Positions 8,606 through 19,200 of a DNA stretch of 64,000 bases are shown in pieces. The notes under the pieces were generated by a model. It did not search any database and was not told the origin of the DNA. It saw nothing but the letters and a program-made list of their open reading frames with translations. The stretch's first letter is position 1. Every line of letters starts with the position of its first letter. Origin of the DNA: Candidatus Heimdallarchaeota archaeon (lineage in GTDB: Archaea; Asgardarchaeota; Heimdallarchaeia; JABLTI01). A program made the translations under genes and the position numbers. Location of the stretch: contig JAHLVW010000036.1 in assembly GCA_019058275.1 (NCBI GenBank), forward strand, positions 32,001 to 96,000. The letters are read 5' to 3'.

Positions 8606-10207
8606 ATGAATATGAACTCAGAGCTTACTGAAAATAGAGAACTTTTACTCAAAAAAGGCAAAACTCAGCAGAAGGCTGAGGAATTATTGGAGAAAAGAGA
8701 AGTAGCTCTACAAAGTGGTGGAGAAAAAGCAATTCAAAAGCAGTTAGAGAAGGGCAAATTAACTGCACGTCAAAGAATTGAACTTCTACTAGATCCAGGC
8801 TCATTTGTTGAAACCAATATGTTTGTTAGACATAAAAACAGCAATTTTGGATTGGACAAGAAGAAATTCTACACTGATGGTGTTATTACTGGTTTCGGTC
8901 AAGTAAATGGCAAATTAGTTTATGTTTACAGTCAAGATTTCACAATTCTAGGTGGAAGTCTTGGTGAGGCTCATGCTAAGAAAATAACTCAATTAATGGA
9001 TCAAGCAGTGCAAAATGGTGCCCCAATAATCGGGTTTAATGATTCTGGTGGTGCAAGAATTCAAGAAGGTGCAAGTTCACTAGCAGGTTATGGTGATATT
9101 TTCATTCGAAATGTTCGTGCTTCTGGTATTGTTCCTCAAATTTCTTGCATTGTAGGTCCTTCTGCTGGAGGAGCTGTTTATTCACCTGCGCTTACAGATT
9201 TTATTGTTATGACAGAAGATACTTCTTATATGTTTGTCACTGGTCCCGTAGTCGTAAAAGCTGTTACAGGAGAGGAGACATCATTTGAAGAGCTTGGTGG
9301 TGCTTCCACACACAGCACTAATTCTGGAATTTCTCACCTGGTTGGCTCTGATGAAATTGAATCTATTGAGCTCATAAAAGTGCTCCTCTCCTATCTTCCT
9401 TCTAATAATTTGGAAGATCCTCCATTAAAGGACACTTCAACCATTAATGGATACGAATTTAAAATGTTAAATGATATCATACCAGATGACCCCCAAGAAC
9501 CCTATGATATGAGAGAAGTAATTCTACGCATTGTAGATAAAGGAAACTTCCTAGAGCTTCAAAAGAAATGGGCTCAAAATATCATAATTGGTTTTGGAAG
9601 ACTAAATGGTCATCCAATTGGCATTGTAGCCAACCAACCAAGTATACTTGCAGGAGCTTTAGACATTAATGCTTCAATCAAAGCAGCAAGATTCATACGC
9701 TTCTGTGATTCATTTAATATTCCAATTATCACTTTCGTAGATGTTCCAGGATTCTTACCTGGATTAGATCAAGAACATAATGGCATAATCAAACATGGAG
9801 CAAAGCTCATATTTGCATATGCTGAAGCTACTGTACCAAAATTAACAGTTATTACAAGAAAAGCTTATGGAGGAGCCTATATTGTAATGGGATCCAAACA
9901 TCTTGCAAATGACATTAATTTTGCATGGCCAACAGCTGAAATTGCAGTTATGGGTTCAGAAGGTGCAGTTCAAATCATTTACAGAAGAGATTTAGCAGCT
10001 GCTGAAGACAAAGAAGAAATGTTATTGAATCTGAAAAATGACTTTGCTAAAGAATTCAATAATCCTTACTTAGCAGCAGAAAGAGGTTACATTGATGACG
10101 TTATTCTTCCTAGTGAAACACGTCAAAAATTAATTGCTTCTCTCTGGCCTTTACTCAGAAAAAGAGAAAGAAGATTGAACAAAAAGCACGGAAATATACC
10201 CCTTTAA
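8606..10207 (+). CDS. pccB: Acyl-CoA carboxylase carboxyltransferase subunit (PccB/AccD-like)
   Basis: GKLTARQRI, DSGGARIQEG, AGGAVYSPALTD, DVPGFLPG, RKAYGGAY, KKHGNIPL. The likely start is ATG 8606 after CAGGAG (track start 8564). Confidence 0.93.
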   Translation: MNMNSELTENRELLLKKGKTQQKAEELLEKREVALQSGGEKAIQKQLEKGKLTARQRIELLLDPGSFVETNMFVRHKNSNFGLDKKKFYTDGVITGFGQVNGKLVYVYSQDFTILGGSLGEAHAKKITQLMDQAVQNGAPIIGFNDSGGARIQEGASSLAGYGDIFIRNVRASGIVPQISCIVGPSAGGAVYSPALTDFIVMTEDTSYMFVTGPVVVKAVTGEETSFEELGGASTHSTNSGISHLVGSDEIESIELIKVLLSYLPSNNLEDPPLKDTSTINGYEFKMLNDIIPDDPQEPYDMREVILRIVDKGNFLELQKKWAQNIIIGFGRLNGHPIGIVANQPSILAGALDINASIKAARFIRFCDSFNIPIITFVDVPGFLPGLDQEHNGIIKHGAKLIFAYAEATVPKLTVITRKAYGGAYIVMGSKHLANDINFAWPTAEIAVMGSEGAVQIIYRRDLAAAEDKEEMLLNLKNDFAKEFNNPYLAAERGYIDDVILPSETRQKLIASLWPLLRKRERRLNKKHGNIPL

Positions 10208-10254
10208 GCTCATCGTATATTAGTATATACTATCAATAAACAGGAGATAAAAAA

Positions 10255-13200
10255 ATGGTTTCTAGATATGATTTTGAAAATATCATAAGCAAACATAAAC
10301 CAATATTAGCTTACAATCCACAAGGAATTTCTGATGTCACTTTGATTAAGTCTGTAGTTGAATCTGGTGGTATTGGTCTTGTTGATTTAGAACGATTGCA
10401 AGATGATACGATTCAAGAATTATTACAAAATTGCTCCCAAAACATAAACGACTCATGGGGAATTAGAATTTCTTCTAAAGAACAATTGAAGCTTGTTCTT
10501 ACTCAACACGAAGATTCTTTTCCTTTGATTCTAGTTATTGGGGATTTCAAGCTTACTTCAACTGATTTACAAAAGATTAAAGCTAAATCTATTGTTCTTT
10601 TAGCTGAAGTGATTTCTTTAGAAGAAGCTTATGATAAGAAATGGGCTGAAGTATTTATTGTTAAAGGTAATGAGGCTGCTGGAAGAGTTGGTGATCAAAC
10701 ATCTTTCATACTCGCACAACAATTTGCAGATGCTGGATTGCCTTTTATAGTCCAAGGTGGTATTGGTCTTTATACTACCCCTGCTGTTTTTGCTGTTGGA
10801 GCTAAAGCTATTGTTTTGGACACTCAACTATTTCTTACACCTGAAAGTCCTCTTTCAAATCAAGTCAAAGAGTTCTTATCCAAATTAGATGCGACTGATA
10901 CAAAGGTATTGGGTGAATCCACTTCTAAGAAATATCGAGTTTATGCACGTTTAGGAACAAAAATAGTTCGTGAAATTGTCCAAAAGGAGAAGGAATTATT
11001 AGAGCTTACTAAAAAAGAGCGAACAAAGGTTTTCCAAGAAATTCTTCTTTCTAAAAGAGATATGTTTGATAAGGATGATATATCTAACTGTTTGATTCCA
11101 ATAGGTCAGGATATACCCTTTGCAGGAATTTTGACTGCAAAATTCAAAGATGTTAATGGTATAATTAATGGTCTGCTTAAGCAAGCAAAGAAGCAAATCA
11201 AAGAAGCCATAATGAATTATCCATTTAGAGAAAATACTGAGATTGCAAAAACCCTTGGAGTAAAATATCCCCTTATCCAAGGACCAATGGCTAATGTTTC
11301 TGAAAGTCCGAAATTTGCTAAAGTGACATCAAATGCAGGAGCATTACCATTTTTAGCTTTAGGTTCACTCTTTCCTAATCAAACCAGAACTTTAATTAGC
11401 GAAACCAAAAAGGCATTAGGTGAAAAACCATTTGGATGTGGATTAATTGGTCTTGAAGCTAATAAAACTGCTCGAGATGAACATCTGAAAATAATTAAAG
11501 AGCTAAAGCCACCTTTTGTCGTTGTTGCTGCCGGAACCATTGATCAAGCTAAAGAAATAATGAATTATGATATTGAAACATTCCTACATACACCATCACC
11601 ATTGATCTTCGCTGAAGCTATAGAATCAAACGTTTATTCCTTGATTTTAGAAGGAATGGAATGTGGTGGTCATATAGGTGTTTTAACAAGTTTTGTTTTA
11701 TGGGAATTATCTTTACACCAATTAGCAAAGTTAGAAGATAGCATAAAGAATAGCAATAAAAAAGTAACAGTTGCATTTGCAGGAGGAATTGGTGATAGAT
11801 TTTCTGCTGCAATAGCTGGTGTTGTTAGTTCTTCATTACCTGAATTAATGAATGGTGTCATGTGGGTTGGTTCTGCATATATTTTAGTAAAAGAAATTGT
11901 TGAAACAGGTGCAATTCAACCACTATACCAACAATTAGCATTAAATGCTAAAGAGACTATGGTCATGGGTGAAACAGTAAATACTCGAGCAAGATCTATC
12001 CCAACACCATTTGCAAGAGAAATCATCAAAAGAGAATTAGATAGAATTCATGAAGGTATCAGCTTAAAGGAACGCAAGCATCAGTATGAACGAGACAATT
12101 TAGGAGCAACTCGAGTAGCTGCATTAGGTGAAATCTGGAATCCAGATGGTGAAGACGACAAACCAAATAGGTTCATGTTTGTAGATGAAAAAGTGCAACA
12201 CAAGAAAGGGAATTATCTAATTGGTCAAATTGTCACAAGTCTTCGTTGTATACGATCGATTGATAATTTGCATGATGAGCTTATTATGAATTCCCAAAAA
12301 GTAGTTACTAAGAAGGGAATGGAATTAGCTGAAAAGCTGAGACAAATAAGTGAACAAGTGCTAAAAATCCCAGAAAAGAAAATAGATCCAGTATCAACAG
12401 ATATATCTTATCAAGAAGTTAATACTGATATATTTGAAAGTGAAGGAATAGCTGTTATTGGTTTAGGTTGCGTTTTTCCTGATGCACCAAATATCAAAAC
12501 ATATTGGAAAAATATACTCAAAAAAGTTTATTCCATAAAAGAAATCTCAAAGAAGAGATGGCATGGTGATATCAATCTATTCTATAGTGAAGATAGAAAT
12601 ATGCCAAACAAAACCTATGCAAAAATTGCTGCTGAAATTGAAGATCTTAAGTTCAATTCAATAGAATTCAAAATTCCACCAAAAGTTACAATAACAATGG
12701 GTAAAACCCAGAAACTAGCTTTAATGGCTGCAAAAGAAGCGTTAAGTGATTCTGGATTACTTGAAAAAGGTGTGGATAATAATAGAACTGCAGTTATCAT
12801 AGGTAATTCGATGGGTGATGAGATAAGAGGAGATCGTACTCGAAAGATCTATGTACCTGAATTCTTGGCTTCAATAGAAAAGACTTCCTCATTCAAGGAT
12901 ATTGACAAGAAATCTTGGGAAAATATCAGAAAAGAAGTATTCGATGATTATGAATCTAAACTATCACCAATTAATGAAGATGCTATGCCAGGGGAATTAT
13001 CGAACATCATCGCAGGGAGAATCGCTAATGTTTTCAATCTTCGCGGTAAAAGTATGACTACTGATGCAGCATGTGCATCAAGCTTAGCAGCATTGAATGT
13101 AGCAGTAAAAGGACTTCTTGATAAAGAATATAATGTAGCCCTTTGTGGAGGTGTAGATTGCTCTTTAGACCCAACGACATTTGTAAAGTTTGCAAAAATA

Positions 13201-16200
13201 GGTGCTATATCTGCAGAAGGATCTTTTCCATTTGATGCTAGAGCAAACGGATTTGTTATGGGCGAAGGAGCAGGTTTCTGTGTTCTAAAACGTTTATCAG
13301 AAGCTGTTAAAGATGGCAATAAAATTTACGCTGTATTTAGAGGATTTGGAGCTGCTTCTGACGGGAAAGGAAAAGGAATTACTGCCCCTAATCCTATCGG
13401 ACAAAAACTTGCAATAGAAAGAGCACTAGACCAAGCTGGTCTTACATTCTCTGATATACAATATGTTGAAGCACACGGTACAAGTACAACTGTAGGTGAT
13501 GTCATTGAAATGCAAGTACTGAACGAAATGGCTCAAGACATAAAACCAGCATCAATTGCTATAGGTTCTATTAAAAGTCAAATTGGTCACTTGAAGAGTG
13601 CCGGAGGTATTGCTTCAATAATAAAAACAGCTCTTGCACTGCACCATAAAATTCTACCACCTTCTATCAATTTTAAGACACCTAATCCAAAAATAGATTG
13701 GGCGACTTCACCATTTTACGTTAATATTAATAAACAAGATTGGAAGCTACCCTCAACTGGTTTTAGAGCTGCAGGGATTTCTTCTTTTGGTTTTGGTGGT
13801 ACAAACTACCATGCAATTATAGAGGAATACATTCCTGGTAAAACTAGAGGTCATTTACCAACCCTAATTAGTTCTAAGGAATTACAGAACATTCTTGCAG
13901 GAGCTCATATTGCTCAAGGATTAAGCACCTCAGCTGAATTTGAGAAGGTTCTAGATACCTCAAAATGGCAAGATTACATTGGTAAGAACATTTCACTAGA
14001 GATTGAACCAATCTTCTTTGGAGGTAATTCCGAACAAGAATTAATTGATTCCATAAATGACTATAAAGGTGCAATCCCTCAGAGCACATTTAAAACAGAT
14101 GGTACAGGATTTCGTGTAAGGAACTTAACTGTACAATCACTAGATAATCTATCTAAGAAAATTAAAGCAAGTATAACTTGTTCATCACTAGAAGATTTAC
14201 CAAAAACCTTAGATACTTTAGTTGAAGGTATAAAAGAGAAAAGAAAACGAAAATTGCTTATGAATAAGGGGATGTTCTTCAGTGATGATCATTCTCTTGG
14301 TAAAATAGCTTTTCTTTTCCCTGGACAAGGAAGTCAATATCTTCGCATGGGTAAAGAGCTATTTGAAAAATACACAATAGTTCAAGAGACTTTCAATGAA
14401 GCAGATGAAATTACAAAAGAACTTATCGGTTTTCCAATATCAGATGTAATTTTCACAAATGGAAAATCTGATGAAGAAGCAGTAGCGCAACTAAAAGAAA
14501 CAGAAATCACTCAACCAGCAATCTTTACTTTGAATATTGCTATTTTCAGATTACTGAAGTCCTTTGGTATAGAACCTGATTTTGTTGCAGGTCATAGCAT
14601 GGGTGAATATGCTGCTTTAGTTGCTTCAGGGATCCTTAGTCTTAGAGATGGATTCCTTGCTATTGTTCCTCGTGGACAAACTATGTCTAAATTCAAATCT
14701 AAGGATAAAGGAACGATGGCTTCAATAGGAGCTGGATATGAAGTTGTTGATGAAGTTCTCAAAACAATTGATGAATATGTTATTGCTGCTAATAAGAACT
14801 CACCAAAACAAACGGTAATATCTGGTTCTACTGTAGGTGTTAAAGCAGCTGTAAAAGCTTTTACAGATAAAGGTATTCCTGCTATTCCATTGCCTGTTTC
14901 AGCTGCATTCCATTCTAAAATAGTTGAAATAGCAGTTGTTGAATTCAGAAAAGCACTAAAGAAATTAAAATACAAAAAACCACTAATACTAATCTCCAGT
15001 AATGTTACTGGAGAATTGTATCCAACAACAAGAAAAGAAATAATCGATTTATTATGTGCTCAAGTATGCTCTCCTGTTGAATGGATAAAACAAATAACTG
15101 ACATGTATGAGAAACATGGAGCTAGAACATTCATAGAAATAGGTCCAAAATACGTTCTAACGAGTTTCAATCGAGGAATACTTGAGGAAAAAACTGATGT
15201 TTTATCACTTGCATCAAATCATCCTAAGAGAGGAGCTATTCAACATTTCTCTGAAGTGATTGGTGCATTAGGAACTTATTGCTATCCTATAAAGTATCCA
15301 GCATTAGAAAGTACAATATATACACCTGAATTCAGAAATCCACTCGAGAGATTTTATACGAAGAGAGTAATTAGTAGAGAATCAGTAAGACAAACTATCG
15401 TAAAGAAATCTCCTTTTGACATTCTAATAAATTCAAAACTCAAATCATTAGTCAAAGAGGACTCATTTAGTGACTATCTTAAATTACAAGCACCAGCAAT
15501 AAGTGCCTTTTTAGAAGTTGGCTATGAAACCTATAAAACAACGATTGCTGAAGCAATGAAAGAAAAGGAGAGGTTCGATAAACTCCAAATTAATACTGAA
15601 GCAATTGGAATAACTGGCGTATCCATAGGACTACCTGGCAGAGATAGGAAGGTATTTGATGAATCAAACTTTGATGCGATTCTTGCAGGAGAAAATTTCA
15701 TTGATCTTATACCAATGGAATATCGTAAAAAAATGGTTGATAAGAATATTGTACGTCTTGTCAAAGATGCTATTAAAGGTGCACAATTCCAGACAATCTC
15801 GGATGTTAGCGAAGTAATTAAATTAGCTGCACAGAAAGGCCAATTCAATCTTTCTGAAGAATATGGTGTAGATGTTGGTTTTACTGAGATTTTAGATATT
15901 ACATTTCAATTAGCTTTTGCAGCTGGTATTGAAGCTATGAGAGATGCAGGTATCCCACTGATGCCATTAAAAGTTAAAACCTCTGTAGGTAAGGAAATTA
16001 CAAAGGGATGGGCATTACCCGAGTCATTAAGAAATGAAACTGGAATAATTTTTGCATCAGCATTTCCTGCTTATAGTAATTTAATCTCAGTTGTATCTGA
16101 ATATCTAGCAGATAAATATGCAAATAAAAATCGAGAGGAAATAAATCTCCTTTTTGATGAGTTAATTGACCAAATTTCTAATAAAACCTCAAAAGAGAGG

Positions 16201-19200
16201 ATTCAACAGTGGTTCCTCAACAATAAGTCACAAATTGCTACTGATAAAGAGTCACAATTCCAATTCAGTAGGAAGTTCTTGTTTGAAATACTTTCAATGG
16301 GTCATTCACAATTTGCACAATTCATTAGAGCTAGAGGACCTAACACTCAAGTAAATGCTGCATGTTCATCTACAACCCAAGCTGTTGCTATAGCAGAAGA
16401 TTGGATAAGAACCAGTAGATGTAAAAGAGTAATAGTGATTGCTGCAGATGATGTAACCAATGAGGTCATGCTTGAATGGATTGGGTCTGGCTTTTTAGCA
16501 GTAGGTGCAGCAACAACACTTGAGAAAGTAGAAGAAGCAGCTTTACCTTTTGATAAAAGAAGGCATGGCATGATAATCGGAATGGGCGCTGTAGGAATAG
16601 TAATAGAAGCAGAATCAGCAATTCAAAAAAGAGGAGTAAAACCCATTGTTGACTTGCTGGGAACTCACATAGTGAATTCCGCTTTCCATGGAACAAGATT
16701 GGACAGAGATCATATCTCTTCACAAGTGGATGAATTTATTACAAATATTGAACGAAGACATGGAATCACTCGAGAGGAAATTGCCAGAGAACTGGTATTT
16801 GTTAGCCATGAAACATATACTCCAGCAAGAGGAGGAAGTGCTTCTGCTGAAGTAGATGCTTTAAGAAAAACATTTGGTAGCATGATTGACAAGATCGTTA
16901 TTGCCAATACAAAAGGATTTACAGGACATGCTATGGGTGCTGGTATTGAAGATGTCGTTGCTGTTAAGATTCTTGAAAAAGGAATTGTACCTCCTGTTGC
17001 TAATTGGAAAGAGCTTGATCCAGAACTTGGACACTTGAATCTGTCAAAAGGTGGAAAATATAACGTTAAATACGCTCTTAGATTTGCAGCTGGTTTTGGA
17101 TCTCAACTTACTCTAGTTTTGTACAGATTAAACACTTCCCTAAATCGTCTTGAAGGTGTTGGCTATGAACAATGGTTGAACTCTCTAGGTGGTACTAAAT
17201 CAACTATGGAAGTTGTAAAGAAAACCCTGCGTTTGAAGGAAGATCCAACTTTAATTAAACCTCAGCAAATTATTCCAAAAATTACTGCCCAAACTGGTAG
17301 TATGCAAGATGAGGGGATAGTTAAAGCTGTTGTTGATTTAATTTCCGAAAAAACTGGTTATCCAATAGATATGATTGAGCCAAATATGCATTTAGAGGAA
17401 GACTTGGGGATTGACACAGTAAAGCAAGCTGAATTATTTGGTGTCATAAGAACTAAATACAGTTTACCTCGAGAGGAAGGCGTAAGAATCCAAGAATACT
17501 TCTCAGTAAATAAAATCGCTGAATATATTACTTCTAGAATTTCAGGAGAAATTCAACCTTCGAGTGTAGACTCAGGTGTTCAAATACAACAGAGTACTTC
17601 CTCATCTCATAAAGAGATAGCAAAGGAAATTACTCTTCTAATTTCTGAGAAAACTGGTTATCCAACAGATATGATAGAAGCTGATATGGAATTAGAAGAA
17701 GATCTTGGTATAGACACAGTTAAGCAAGCAGAAATGTTTGGAATCATCAGAACAAAATGGAATCTACCAAGAGAGGAAGGTATTCGTATACAAGAGTATT
17801 CAACTGTCAATAAAATTGCTGAATATATTCTGAAAAGAGTTAGTGATGCTTCACAAACTTCAACTGAAGTAGTAGCTGAAACAACAACCTCAACAGAAGA
17901 TATCTATGTACCTGCTAAACGATTGGTCTTACAATTAATTGAATCACCTATGCCCAAAGCTGAAAAAATCAAATTAAAGGATAAAAAATTCATTATCGCT
18001 GGTGAAACAGGACCATTCACTACTAAACTAATTTCACTACTAGGAGACAAGAAAGCTAATCTAATAAAACATCTTGATTTGAAAACTCTTAACTCGAGAG
18101 AGAAAATACTCAAAGAAATACCTGAAGATGTTATAGATGGCTTGATTTACATTGAACCAAAAACTAGTCAGAAAAATAAGCACAACTTAACAGCTAGAAT
18201 CTTCTTCACTCTTTGTCGTGATATCAACTATTCTGATTCACCTTTAGTATTAACCATAAGCGAAAACATAACCTCTTTTGGTTGGAATGGTAAGCATAAA
18301 CCAATTTCTGGTTCACTTACTGGATTAACTAAAGCCATTGCTCGTGAATTTACAAATAGTAGAGTTAAATGTGTTGCGTGTAATGATCCTAAATATGCTA
18401 TCGATGAAATCTGTGCAGGAGATGGATCTATCGAAGTTTCCTATACAGAGGATGGTAAAAGAAAAGTTTTCGTTACAGTGGAAACTCCTGTTGAAGTTAC
18501 TGATCAACCGTTTACAATCTCAAAGGATGAATTGGTAATTATTACTGGTGGAGCTCTAGGAATTACTCATCAAATTTCTAAAGAATTAGCGAAAAGATAT
18601 CAACCCAAATTAGCTTTGGTTGGCATTGAAACTCTCCCAGATAATATTGATGAAATAGCCAATTATAGTGAAGAAAGGTTAGCTCAATTAAAAGATCAAT
18701 TGATTAGTGATTTAAAACAAAGAGAAGAAAGAGTTACTCCGGTTCTAATAGAAAAGGAATGGTCAAAAATCAGCAAAGCAATTGATGTTAAAAAAGGGAT
18801 CGAAGAGCTAACTGCACTAGGTAGTGTTGTAAAATATTACTCAACTAATGTCGTAAATACCGAACAAATGAAATCTACCATTGAACAAATTGGTGCTGAT
18901 TTTGGTCAAGAAATTATTGGTATAATTCATGGTGCAGGTTTAGAAATTTCTAGATTAATTAAAGATAAAAAACCAGAGGAATTTGATCTTGTTTACAATG
19001 TAAAAGCCATTGGCTTAGATAACCTAATTCAAAACATAAACATGAAGAAGGTAAAATTCGTCAAATGCTTTTCATCAGTTGCTGGTAGATATGGTAATGG
19101 TGGCCAAGTCGACTATTCAGCTGCTAATGATTATCTCTCCAAGAATTGTTGGCAATTAAGGTCAAAAGGAATTCGTGCAACTTCTATTTGTTGGTCTGCT

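Noticed and set aside
6472-10207. Carboxylase as evidence of 3-hydroxypropionate/4-hydroxybutyrate carbon fixation
   Set aside because: No other cycle enzymes are nearby; linkage to the synthase explains it more simply
4468-17718. ACA codon reassigned to Ser (all three Ser-to-Thr oddities, in SpeD and both ACPs, use ACA)
   Set aside because: ACA also encodes conserved Thr residues, e.g. KS HGT (13480) and UvrA PRSTVG, so standard decoding fits
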